A stretch of DNA of 64,000 nucleotides from Octopus sinensis. Its lineage: Eukaryota. Positions 50,998 through 64,000 of this stretch are shown here, one piece after another; the stretch's first letter is position 1, and every line of letters starts with the position of its first letter. A model generated the notes under the pieces. That model did no database searches and was not told the DNA's origin. It saw only the letters and a program-made list of their open reading frames with translations. Made by a program: the position numbers and the translations under genes. Location of the stretch: assembly GCF_006345805.1 (NCBI RefSeq), contig NC_043003.1:20646001-20710000 (forward strand). The letters run 5' to 3'.

Positions 50998-53900
50998 TCA
51001 TAGGACTATGCTCAAGGTGGCTTCGTCATTCATACGTGCCATTCTTGCTACATTCACCCATCTTTTTTTAAAACATTCGCTAGACAAAACTTGCCTCTCT
51101 ACTCTCACTTTCCTTTTCAAGTGGTACTTGAAGAAGTTGATGAGAGATTGACCAGAGAGGAAAGTGTTTGTCTCCAATCCTTTCAGACGCGTCCACCAGA
51201 TACATTCTTTCGCCATAGCCACAAGGATGATGAAAATAGCTCTTCCTTCCCGTTTGAAGGAAGGAGGCGTGACAATATTGACGATAGACTCAGCTGATAA
51301 ACCGACTCGTCCCACACGTGACAGCAGTTGTTCGACATAAGCCCACAGGTCGGAAATTGTTGGACACTGAACGAGTGCGTGCAGAACGGTTTCGTCGCTC
51401 TGACCGCATCTCGGGCAGGTCGGCCCCGTGTTTCTCGAGCCGTGTCTGTAGAGCTTATCCCGAACGGGTAGCGCTTCTCGGTAGCACTGCCAGGCAGGGA
51501 TCTCTGGAAGTTGTCCATGGGCCCTGGCCCGAAAGTCGTCCCGAACAGGCGGGTCAGGTACTCCTCGTCGACGTCCAGGTTCGCCCCGAGCTCGTCGTCG
51601 TACCTCCCCTCCACTAAACCCCTATAGAATGCTTTGGTTGTGTTGAAGTCACTTAAGGTCGACCCAGGACGGCAGAGTTGCTTGAGAGCAACGCGACACT
51701 CGCGGTGCCATTCGCCCTTCCTCGGCCTCTTTTTGATCCACGACTGCAGTTCGGTCATGGAGACGAGCTGCGGGAAAGCGTGCCTCACAAACGGCGACCA
51801 CACCTGTTCACCGTCGTCTACATAGAGCCAGAGATGTCGCAGTCTCAGCGCGTGTCTGCGCATCATCAACCACGGCATGCCCAGCCCTCCTTTTAACGGG
51901 TGTTGACAGCAAATGGATCGCCTGACCATCGGGACGCATCCTTTCCACAAGAAGCGAAAGAGGATGCGTTGTAGTTTGGTGATGGTAGGGTCGGGACAAG
52001 GTACGACGGTCAGGCGGTAGTAGATGACGGACGCGATGTACGTGTTCGCCACCTCCGCTCGACCTTTTAGGGACAGTTTCCTCTCGGCCCATTGCCGGCG
52101 AGAGTGACCACCCTACTCGTTATCTCGTTCCAGTTCTTCTCCACTTGGAGGTCCGGACCAAACCAGACCCCGAGCAACTCAACCGGGCCGTCGGTCCAGC
52201 GTCCCACGACGGAGGCGCTGGTGGACGGCATGGGCTTGCTTCTCCAGGTGCCTAGTCGCAAGCCCACTGACTTTTCCCGGTTGATTTTCGCTCCTGTCAC
52301 CGCTTCGTAGTTTTTCAGTGTCTCGCCGACCAGCTCGATGTGCTCGTGGCTAGACACTATGACGGTGACGTCGTCCGCGTATGCAGACACGCTCGTCCCG
52401 CATCCCAATTCTCGCGGGATGCCCCTTAGAGTCGCCAGCTTCCGCAGTAGTGGCTCAAGAGTCAATACGTATAGAAGCGCCGAGAGGGGGCATCCCTGAC
52501 GGACCGAACGTGCAATGTCGAAAGGTCTCGATAGATGTCCATTTACGCGAATTACCGAACGGATGCCTCTGTACAAGGCAGCTATCCAGCCGCGGAAGAC
52601 GGGACCGAAACCAGCCGCTCTCAGGACTGCCTCCAAGTATCGATGGTCTACCCTATCAAAGGCTTTTGATTGATCCAAGTTGATCAGGGCCCCACCCATG
52701 CCAGGTTCGTTAACTACCCTGTCTATGATGTAGCGCATCAGATGGAGGTTGTCATGGATGGTCCGGCCTGGCACGGCGCATGTTTGCGCCTTGTCGACCA
52801 GTTTCTCGATGACAAGCGCCAACCTCTTGGCTAGCACCTTGGCCAAAATTTTCAAGTCTGCATTAAGCAGAGTGATGGGCCTAAAGTTATCTATTACATT
52901 TCCCTTGTTTAGATCTTTCTTCAGCAGTGTTACGGCTCCTCGGCTCACAAAACCAGGAATGCTCCCGTTTTGCTGCCAGTTGCAGTACACCGCCGCCAAG
53001 AGATCTCCAAACAAGTCTGGCATACAATTGTAAAGCTCGTAGGGTAGACCATCCAAACCCGGTGATTTGTCCCTCGAGCATTCTGCCATCGCTTCCCGCA
53101 CTTCCGCCGCCGTGATGGCACCTTCGCAGCACCCTGCCTTTCTTGTCGAGAGTCGTGGTAGGCTATGTAGGTAGGCACTGAAGTCCACCCTACGTTCTTG
53201 CCCTCCACTCGTTCCGAACAGTCGGGCAAAATGCTGCTGAAAGGCCTCACACATTTTACTTGGCTCGAGCAATTCGCGCCCCTATTCATCTACCAGTGAC
53301 CGAATGGTGGCTTTGTTGCCCTGTTGCGCCTCTGCCACCCGGGCCTCTCTCGCGGCTCCAACACCTTCGTTCCTTAGAGCACGCATCCTAGCTCTGACAG
53401 CACATCCTTCGTGTTTGGCGTTGAAGTGTTGGTCGAGGGCCAACCTCGCCGCCAAAACGTCGGATGCGATGCCGCTTCTAATTGCCTCTTCTAGCTTCTT
53501 AACTAGCTCACCCTCTACTCTATTTCTATCTATGGCTAGTGCTTTGCTGTACCTAATCGCTTCTGCTTTTACTGCTCTCTTGAGGGCAAACCACCATTTG
53601 TTGTTGATGATGGCTCCCGTCAAAGCCCTCTTTACTAGTGTGCTAATCCGGTCTCTGAAAACTTGTCTCGATGGGAAAGACGCGTTTAGTTTCCAGTATC
53701 CGGGACCCTGCCTAAGTGTCTTACCTAAGTCTAGCGTACATGTCACAAGTTTGTGATCCGTGTAGCTGACTATGTGGAATTGTGGACATCCTATGCTATC
53801 TCTATCTACTGTCCTACACAGTATCCTATCTAGATACGATCTCGACGACCCGATGCGGTTGCTCCATGTCCACGTTGGCGCATTCGGGTGGTCTAGTCGA

Positions 53901-54433
53901 AACCTGTCAGACAGTTGAAAGCGTCTGAGCAGGTCTCTGAGGCATTTGCATCCCCGTCTATTCCTATCTCTACCCACGTAGTCTACATGCGTGTCCAAGG
54001 TAGCATTCCAATCCCCCACTAAGAGTAAAGGACGAGACGTTCCCAAGAAAACTTCTAGACGTTGAAAGAAATCCGCCCGACCTGTTAAGGGCGGTGCGTA
54101 AACTGATACGAGCCGAAAAGCGCACCCATTGCTGCCGTCGACATCCAGGACGACCAGTCTACCCTCCGGGTCTACGAATATTGTCCTTACATTGAGATCC
54201 AGACTCTTGTGAAAAAGTACCGCGGTGCCACTACCGCCCATTCTCGGCAGACAGGGGGAAAAATAAATGTTGAACTGTCCGCCAAACATGGTCTTTAGGG
54301 CCCGCGGATTGTGGAGTCTGGTCTCGCTTATGGCTATGATTTCTAACTTATGTGACTTTATGTCATTTAAGAGGTACCCTTGTTTCCAAGGGGACCCCAA
54401 GCCACGCGCATTTACACAACCAATCTTGATCAT
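50998..54433 (-). pseudogene. Tx1 ORF2: APE endonuclease - reverse transcriptase - zinc finger (~1145 aa if repaired)
   Basis: MIKIGCVNARGL, AISET, GDWNA, SYLDRI, SYTDHK (APE motifs); SPGLDG, NFRPITLLNADLKILAK, DQSKAFDRV, QGCPLS, YADD (RT); CPRCGQSDETVLHALVQC (C-terminal knuckle). Lesions: in-frame TAG at 53282-53284 and 1-nt deletions near 52096 and 51494. Confidence 0.93.
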
Positions 54434-54464
54434 AGTTCTAATGAATTAGAATACAGAGGGTTAC

Positions 54465-56465
54465 TTACTGCTCGAAAGTTTTTGCTTTCTCCTCCGTTGG
54501 TTTGTCCTCGAGAAGATCCCAGTACAGTTTCTTTGTGAGATATTTTTGGCATTTACCAACCGCACTGGGGAAAATGCCTTTGAGTGTGTGGTGCAGACTT
54601 TTGGAGATGTGTATTATTTTGATGTGGTCTGGTGGTGTTGTGTATGGGTGGTTGTTTGTTTTTATGTCATCTTCTGTTATGTTTGTTTTTGATTGGATGT
54701 ATTCCATCAAATTTGTGTTTTTGGTGTCTATGGCTGTGAGCATGTTTGCTGTATATGTTTTTGTGGTGTTGGTGTGGCTGTTGTTTGCGTTGGGTTTTGA
54801 AATGTCTTCGGGAGATGTATTTCCCCCTGCTTTGTTCGTGTTTGCATTTGGTTTGGTTGTGTTTTCTTTTTATTTCCTTCTTTTTGTAGCTATTTGCCAT
54901 TCCTCACTGGTTTCGTCTTCCGACGAAATTTCTGAGGAATCAGAAGGGGTAGGGTAGGGGTATGTTGTGGGCTTCTATGTATGTCTGTGTAAGTGGTTGT
55001 TGTTGTTTTCGTTGTTGTTGGTTGTTGAGTGTTGTGTGTGTTGAGTGCGGTATAAGGGATGGGGGATCAGTTTGTGTGTGTTTTCTTTGTTTTTCTGTTC
55101 CTTTGGGTTTTGCTGTTGATGGTAGTGTTGGTATTTTTCCAGGTGTCGAGTGGTTTTTGGTTGATGACGGATTAGCTTGGTGTGCTTCTCTTGTCGTCTT
55201 CTGTGTTGATGGTGGTGTGGGTAGTAGAGCTTTTTTTCCGGAGTGCTTTGGTTGTGGTAGTGGTTGTTGTTGTTGCTCTTGGTGTGCAGTGGTTGGGCAC
55301 GTCTTTTTCAAGTGTGTTTCGCTTCCACACAAATAGCAGCGTGGTCGCCTGCCCTCTACCACTATATAGAGTTTGTAGCCTCCTGGCAGTTCTATAGCGG
55401 TGGGTATCTTCTCTCTTGCTGCTTCATCCAATTGAAGCAGGAATTCGATTGATTTGCCCACATAGTCTTTCTCTCCTAGAACCGCGATTTCCAGGATGTT
55501 TGTCTCTGACATTGTCTCTGACATTTCAAAGCAGATGGCAGAGACCACCCATTGTGTTTCGACATCAAATGGTATGATTTTATTTGGACTTTCGTGACCC
55601 TTTTGTTTAAATAGACTGGTATCATTACCAAGTCGTCCGAATGTAGCTCCAATGTGGAAAAACGTTTTGCTAAACTTTCGTTGAGGAAACGTACTTGGAC
55701 TGTACCAAATTTGTTTCCCCAACTGATATATTCCTTGGAGTCCCATACAGGACGAAGGCATTTATCGATTTTTTCCTGCGGTGCATTTTCTGTTCTTCTT
55801 GTTTTTTTGTTTATTACTTTATAAATTATTGTTTTTTTTTGCGTGTTTTCCACGATGTGTTGTGGAATATGAAGGTGCAATTTGTCTCCTTCTTTGGAGA
55901 AGAGTGCCTTTGTGCGGTTTATCTCTTGTGTGGTGAATGTTACAATTGTTCTTTTTTGTTTTGTTACGTCCGCAAAATTCGTTTTGAATTTGGCAGTAGA
56001 AGTGTTAATTGTGGCAGTGTTAATTGAAGTCATGGTAGTGGTGTTGGTGTTGGCGGTATTAGCAGCAGAAGGCTTGGATGTAGCATTTGACGTCGTAGTA
56101 GTGGTGTTGGTGTTGGCGGTGTTGTCTTTGGTCGGCGGCTTTGTGCCAATTTCGTTGTTGTTGTTGTTGGTGGTGATGGTGGTGGTGCTGGCATTCATGT
56201 TTTCGTTTGTATTCATTTTTGAAATCCCTTTCTCTGTCCCTTTATCATCAACAAGTGGTGTGGGGAGTGAGGGGAAATCTAAGTTAATGTCTTTGGTCGC
56301 GGCGATGGTGAATGCGACGTTAGATTTGTTGTTGTTGTTGTTGGTGGTGGTGATGGTGGTGACAGCGGTGTTCACGCTGCGATGTTTAGCAGCTAGTGGT
56401 AGCAATAGTGTTTTGCTACCGTTCTGCATGACTGGCGGGCTAGCCACGTGGTTTCTAGTTGCCAT
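54465..56465 (-). pseudogene. Tx1 ORF1 (gag-like nucleic-acid chaperone), disrupted
   Basis: ATG at 56465; T/N-rich low-complexity N-terminus; 1-nt deletion in an A-run near 55582 moves the frame into the segment with CYLCGSETHLKKTC (C-x2-C-x4-H-x4-C); second shift near 54950 and an in-frame TAA near 54873; frame closes at 54465 just before ORF2. Confidence 0.8.
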
Positions 56466-56686
56466 TTTCAAAATGAAAAATGGCTAAAAAACCCACGAAA
56501 GTTTTGAAAGTTTTTTTGTAATTTCGCCCATACAGGGGCGGAATTCTACGTGAATAATTCTCAGGTTTTTTAGTGAATGAATTTGCACAACGATTAAAAC
56601 AAAATATTTGACAACAAGGAGTTTTAAACATGTAAAAGTGGCCAACTTACTTGGAGCCGATATGACTAGCGTCCGTCCATTGTGAT

Positions 56687-57520
<834 letters not shown>

Positions 57521-58196
57521 TACGTTTACTGAGATATTTCTCGAGATACACACTTAAATACGCACACATACACACACACTCACGCACACGCAGACGTACA
57601 CGCGCATACAGAAAGAAACACAAACACACACACACACATTTATACATACTACAAACGTTTACAAATAACCATAACTTCATATTTGGGCTTGGACGCAAAT
57701 ATACGCCAAAAAATATGTACTTTACCAATTCTCTTTGAGCATGTGTTCGTGAGTGGTTTACGTATTTACACATATAAATATGTGTACGTGTATGTGTATG
57801 TTTACATATGCGTTTGCATACGTACACACACATACACACACACTCACACACACACACACATGCAGTTATATAACACTGTTGATGGCAACATTAAAAAAAA
57901 ACATTTTCTTTGTGTTTATTTTAGTGGTTTCTTTTTATCCTACGCATTTGAAAAACTTGTATGAATGGGTGCGTGTTTGTGTCTGTGAATTTGGCAACAT
58001 CTGCGCTTATACAATTATCTATATGCATACCCAAATGTAAACTAATGTGCGCCTGTATACGTATGTATGTATATTGCGTATAAATATATATATATATTAT
58101 ATTTATACACACACATTCATATATATGTGTATATATAATATGTGTGTGTGTGTGTGTTCATATATATGTGTATACATGTGTGTGTGCATGGTTGTG

Positions 58197-58287
<91 letters not shown>

Positions 58288-58679
58288 CAGACAGACAGAC
58301 AAATTGACAGACTGATAGAGAAACACCAACGTCGATTCATACGTACATATATACAAACATATTTAAATGCATACATGCACACACACGCATACAAGCATAC
58401 ACGCGCACATATACATACATACATACATACATACATACATACACACATACATACATACATACATACATACATACATACACACATACATACATCCACACAT
58501 ACATACATACACACATACATACACATGTGTATGACGCTTACAGTTAAACAAACTAGTAATGTAAATGCAATGCTGGAAGACAGATTGTCTGTGGGACAAC
58601 AAAGAAAGCTAATTACCAGAAGCTAAATAACCACAGGAATGACAGAAATAAAAAAATATATATAAAATAATATACAGTA

Positions 58680-58693
58680 CCATCGTGATCGCC

Positions 58694-58725
<32 letters not shown>

Positions 58726-59030
58726 CATCATCATAATTATCATCATCATCATCATCATCGCCATCATCATCATCATCATCGCCATCGTCATCATCATCAT
58801 CATCATCATTATTGTTTCATCGTCGTCGATCTCTTCATCACCACTTGAATCCCACTCTGCAATGGCCGACCACATTGCCAGCCTCGTCGTCATCACCAAC
58901 CATTTATACAAATATTCGTAAAACCTACTTCTATGACCAACATCATCATCATCATCATCATCACTACAACCATCATCATCACCATCGTCGTCGTCGTCGT
59001 CGTCGTCGTCATCGTCATCAACAGCAAAAA
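58680..59030. repeat. Imperfect (CAT)n/(CGT)n trinucleotide tract
   Basis: Direct reading. Confidence 0.9.
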
Positions 59031-59313
59031 ACAACCACAGAAAGCAGCAGTACAATCGCCAATGTAAACACTACAATCATCGCCAACGTCCACCATAACA
59101 AGAATATCAATGACTCCGACACTTCAACAGCAATAACAAAGAACAGCAATGCAGCAGCCCCACTATCACAAAACAAAAAACAACAACAATTACAGACACA
59201 ATCAACAACATCAGACATCAAAAATTACTGAAAAATACACTTACTGGTAATGATAACGACGACCACCACCACCACCACCACCAAAAACATGTCACACACG
59301 CACATCTGTTTCT

Positions 59314-59730
59314 TATTTCTTTATTGCCCTCAAGGGGCTAAACATAGAGGGGACAAACAAGGACAGACAAACGGATTAAGTCGATTATATCAACCACAGT
59401 GCGTAACTAGTACTTAATTTATCGACCCCGAAAGGATGAAAGGTAAAGTCGACCTCGACGAAATTTTAACTGAGAACGTAGCGGCAGACGAAATACCTAT
59501 TTCTTTACTACCCACAAGGGGCTAAACACAGAAGGACAAATAAGGACAGACAAACGGATTAAATCGATTACATCGACTCCAGTGCATAAATAGTACTTAA
59601 TTTATAGACCCCGAAAGGATGAAAGGCATAGTCGACCTCGGCGGAATTTGAACTCAGAACGTAACGGCAGACGAAATACATCTAAGCATTTCGCTCGGCG
59701 CGCTAACGTTTCTGCCAGCTCGCTGCCTTT
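59314..59730 (-). mobile_element. SINE family B tandem (2 body units + head)
   Basis: ~180-bp units; junction at 59497. Confidence 0.88.
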
Positions 59731-61029
59731 TCTATTAATTTTTGCCGCGCCCTTTTATCATTTTCCTATTCCTGTTTTTCTGTACAAAAAGCCCTCAAAA
59801 CGTCTTTACTGTCCCTCGATGTACTGCATTGTAAATGTGTTAAGAGGGGATAAATCAAGCCAAGAGTTAGGCTAACCTCCTTTCCACTCCGAAATTTGGA
59901 ATTCAACTCCGGAATAAGTTAGTAGTTATCCGATGATATTGGGACCTCGATGTTCATACAGATCTCACTTGATAGCATATTCTTCTGGGTCAACTTTAAA
60001 CTTACCTCATAGAAGTATTGTTGCACAAAGGTGACGAGAAACTAAGATTATCCACACCAGAATCTCAAACTGTCATATTAATATTCCCAAGAGCCATGTA
60101 CTGAGGCACTAGATGTAGACAAGCGGAACATACATCCTGCAACATATCAGTTAAAAATTCTTCTCAATACTCCTTTGGGGATATATCAAAGCTACCTCTA
60201 TTCTCCGAAAAACTTTGTTCCATTTTTGTGTGTGTTTTGTTGCATAAAAGCAGTCGAGCAAGGAGGCACTAACTTTTGCACCATACATTGACCACACTTC
60301 TTTTAGTCTTTGGGCAGGGACAAGTTGAGTCATATCTTTTGACATGAAGCATTAGTAAACGATGTTGTTGTTAGTGTTGCCATTGCTGATTTAACAATTT
60401 TCTTCATTCAATTTATTGCTCATGCAGTTATGTTTTTCTTTTTCTTTTTTTCTTTTTTTTTTTTGTCTTCTGATGTGCAAATTTAAGTGTTTAAGCTTGG
60501 AACTCTACATATGTTTGATCTTATCTGCGTCAGATTTTCTTTTAATTATACTTTACCACTTGAAAAGATTTAGGTATGTATTTGATTATGTTACTGCCGC
60601 CACAATTACAACGAATGCTCTTTCCTACTACTTCTGAAGCGATCATCTTGCAACAAGTATAAGTATATTGCAAATCGTTATTATTTGTTGGAAATATATA
60701 CATCAATAAAAATATCCAAAGACAAACTTTTCTTCTACACCAGGTAAAGGGGGTAGAAAGTGAAAGCCATCCATAAGAAAGACTGAAACAAATTTATTTT
60801 TTCACAAGGAAATTGGACTAAAAATTACTTTCGTAGCAGAGCTGTCTTTCAGACGTTCATTCGTTTCAAAATACAAAAACCATTGCGACCTCAACAACAG
60901 ACATAACAACAAAAACGACAATAACAATAATGATAATAATAATGATAACAGTATCATTAGGGACTGCTAGGATACTTATGAAGGTTCTAAGCATCAAAGG
61001 TTATTTATTATAGTCTGACGGTTCAGCAC

Positions 61030-61540
61030 TTTCGAGAGAGGGAGTAAGCCGATTACATAGACCCCAGTGTTCAACTGCTACTTATTTTATCAACCTCACA
61101 AGAATTTGAACTCAAAACATAAAGACGGACGAAATACCTATTTCTTTACTACCCACAGAGAGGACAAACAAGGACAGACAGACGGATTAAGTCGATTACA
61201 TCGACCCCAGTGCGTAACTGGTACTTAATTTATCGACCCCGAAAGGATGAAAGGTAAAGTCGACCTCGGTGGAATTTGAACTCAGAACGTAGCGGCAGAC
61301 GAAATACCTATTTCTTTAATACCCAAAAGGGGCTACCCAGAAAGAGGACAAACAAGGACAGACACACGGATTAAGTCGATTACATCGATCCCAGTACATA
61401 ACTGGTACTTAATTTATCGATCCCGAAAGGATGAAAGGCAAAATCGACCTCGGCGGAATTTGAACTCAGAACTTAACAGCAGACGAAATACGGCTACGCA
61501 TTTCGCCCGGCATGCTAATGTTTCTGCCAGCTCGCCGCCT
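61030..61540 (-). mobile_element. SINE family B tandem (3 units)
   Basis: Junctions at 61138 and 61308, head at 61500-61540. Confidence 0.88.
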
Positions 61541-61680
61541 TAACAACAACAATAACAATAATAATAATGGTAATGATGATGATGATGATAATCATTTTCT
61601 TCTATACGGAGGCTAGACTATTACAACGATCCCAGTGATTAAGTAGAACTTATTTCAAGAAGAAGAAGAAGAAGAAGAAG

Positions 61681-62329
61681 CGTCACAGAAAACGAGAAAG
61701 TAACCATACTCTGGGATATGCCTATACACACAGATAGAGAAATTAAGGCCAATAGGCCAGATATAGTTGTCAGAGATCATGAAGGAAAAAAATGCTTTCT
61801 AATTGATAAATCAATACCTATTTCTTTACTACCAACAAGGGGCTAAACACAGAAGGGACAAACAAGGACAGAGAAACGGATTAAGTCGATTACTCGACCC
61901 CAGTGCGTAACTGGTACTTAATTTATCGATCCCGAAAGGATGAAAGGCAAAGTCGACCTCAGCGGAATTTGAACTCAGAACGTAGCATCAATACCAGCAG
62001 ATGACAACGTTTCTCTAAAACAAAATACAAAGACCTGGGAATAGAGGTAACTCGAATGTGGAATCTAAAAACAGAAACAATTCCTATCATAGTAGGCGCA
62101 TTAGGTATGAGAAAAGAATATTCAGACAAATACATAACAAAAACACCAGGACTAACAAATATATATAACATACAGAAAATTGCACTACTTGGCACTGCAC
62201 ACATCCTACGTAAAATACTTTCAATACAGCAACCATAAGAGCATCACAACAAACCCAAGGCACACGAAGCTGCGCTCAGTAGTGAAGTGAAAGCACGTTA
62301 TATAAATAAAACTACTGAATAATTACAAT

Positions 62330-62375
<46 letters not shown>
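61681..62375 (+). mobile_element. 5'-truncated Dong/R4-clade (RLE) non-LTR retrotransposon, interrupted by a SINE, ending in (TAA)n
   Basis: VTENEKVTILWDMPIHTDREIKANRPDIVV...CFLID.SIPADD; KYKDLGIEVTRMW...IPIIVGALG...QKIALLGTAHILR; (TAA)n at ~62330-62375. Confidence 0.87.
61819..61986 (-). mobile_element. 5'-truncated SINE B inserted in the Dong fragment
   Basis: Flanked by 9-bp direct repeat ATCAATACC (61810-61818, 61987-61995); removing it restores ...LIDKSIPADD. Confidence 0.9.
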
Positions 62376-62394
62376 GCCCTTTCTAATATAGATA

Positions 62395-62580
62395 CTAGGT
62401 CTTTAATTTTGGTAGAAGGACTAATCACTCACATTGATCCTAGTAACTAACTGGGTATATAAGTTCCGAAAGGCAAAGTCGACCTCAGCGGGATTTGGGC
62501 TCAGAACGTACAGAGCCGGTAGAAACGCTGCTAAACATTTTGTCCGGCGTGCTAACGACTCTTCCATCTCGTCGCCTTTA
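62395..62580 (-). mobile_element. SINE B diverged copy
   Basis: AAAGTCGACCTCAGCGGGATTTGGGCTCAGAACGT...CGGCGTGCTAACG. Confidence 0.7.
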
Positions 62581-63232
62581 AATCAACTTCATTAGAAGAT
62601 ATTTTTTGTTGTGTGTTAGCGTGGGCTGTTATTTTTACTTCCTCGTTTTTTTTTTTTTATATTTAATATTTCTATTTTTGTTGATATTTCGTATAATTTA
62701 GTTATATAGAACGTGGGTTCGTTTTTATTGTTTCTGTTTTCGGATTGTGGATTCTTCCTTTTGTTTTCCTTTCTCGAAATATTTCCTATTCAATATAAAT
62801 GCTATATATGTTGCTTTTGATTTTGTTTTTGTTTTTTGTTTATTTTTTTTTTTGGGGGGGGGGTATGCTTCTTGTTTGTTTTAGTAATTTATTCAATGTT
62901 TTGATTTATATTTTAATATTCATTCATGATAATGATGTCTTACTGCTTGCTCTTTTAACAATAGCAATATCTTTCTATCACTGCTCAAAGTGTGGCTGTA
63001 CAATACTTGATTTGGCATATGTGCGCGTGTGTGTATTTCTGTGTGTGTGTGTATGTGTGCGTGTGTGGTTGTATGTTTACAGATATAAATATATATACAC
63101 AGACATGTTCATTGTGTGCACGTAAACAAATATACTTACATATATACATATATATGCGTATATGTGTGAGTGTATATACGTATATATATGTATGTACGTA
63201 TATATATGTATGTACGTATGTATGTATGTATG

Positions 63233-63307
<75 letters not shown>

Positions 63308-63439
63308 GTATGTGTGTGTTTGTGTGTGTGTGTGTTTATCTTTCTATGTATATATATAAATATATATACCGAAAATATATACACGTATATATTTACATAT
63401 AAATATATACACATATATATATGTGCGTATATTTATGTG

Positions 63440-63490
<51 letters not shown>

Positions 63491-63535
63491 TATATATGTA
63501 TATAAATATTTACATATATACGTAAATATATATAA

Positions 63536-63569
<34 letters not shown>

Positions 63570-63888
63570 ACGTATAAACGTGTATATGGTTGTCAGTGTG
63601 TTTATGTATGCAGGCAAATTATGGAATCACTATATCATCGGAAGGGAGTGCTGAGAAAATATAAGAAGCAATAAATAATTTTTGACGTGGAAACGAATAA
63701 ATGAAGGGGAACATTTATTTTTTTTATAGAGAACTATAGGTAGAGAACTATAGGTATGTCTGGAAAATTTTCTACGCCACCCGATACCGTGCCAACACAG
63801 CTTACCCGATAAATAATATTACAACGATCATTCAAATTATCTTATAAAGATGGCAGGATGTTCGCTTTTTAATACATATTTAATGCGT

Positions 63889-63928
<40 letters not shown>

Positions 63929-64000
63929 GTGTGTGTGTGAGTGTTTGTATGTGTGTGTATGTGTGTGTGTGTGTGTATGTGTGTGTGTATGTGTGTGTAT

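Larger units (their letters stand above)
50600..56686 (-). mobile_element. Full-length Tx1-clade (L1 group) non-LTR retrotransposon, ~6.1 kb, inserted in a (GATA/GACA)n array
   Basis: 5' UTR ~220 nt, ORF1 with a CCHC knuckle, ORF2 with APE endonuclease + RT (YADD) + C-terminal CCHC, U-rich 3' UTR ending AATAAAGAAAC; GATA repeats abut both ends. Confidence 0.92.

Noticed and set aside
51091-56487. Plus-strand ORFs overlapping the Tx1
   Set aside because: Antisense shadows of GC-rich or low-complexity coding sequence; no independent motifs.
58609-59231. Poly-His/poly-Asp/poly-Met ORFs
   Set aside because: Frames of a (CAT)n/(CGT)n tract; no domain or splice context.
59314-61540. Regular ~180-bp repeats resembling a CRISPR or satellite array
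   Set aside because: Contiguous SINE bodies with no unique spacers; eukaryotic context.

Overview
AT-rich, microsatellite-saturated animal DNA, intergenic or intronic. The SINE families and repeat landscape point to an octopus/coleoid cephalopod (inference). No host protein-coding gene could be supported: most ORF-track entries are translations of (TA)n, (CA)n, (ATCT)n and similar repeats. Main contents: (1) a full-length ~6.1 kb Tx1-clade (L1-like) non-LTR retrotransposon on the minus strand (50600-56686), sitting inside a (GATA/GACA)n array with only a few small lesions; (2) a decayed but complete Mag-like Gypsy LTR retrotransposon (~17800-22513, minus) with PBS, PPT and both LTRs; (3) fragments of a Penelope-like element, CR1, Dong/R4, mariner, maT (DD37D) and two MITEs; (4) at least four tRNA-derived SINE families; (5) several decayed hammerhead-ribozyme-like motifs and foldback palindromes; (6) a 100-N gap with an apparently unmerged ~730 bp overlap. 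The most interesting signal is a possible LINE-SINE system. One SINE family ('B') shares its terminal ~50 nt with the 3' end of the Tx1 element and repeatedly lands at the same short motif (AATACC|), both inside its own body and once inside the Dong fragment with a 9-bp target-site duplication. All alignments were done by eye; no database searches were run.
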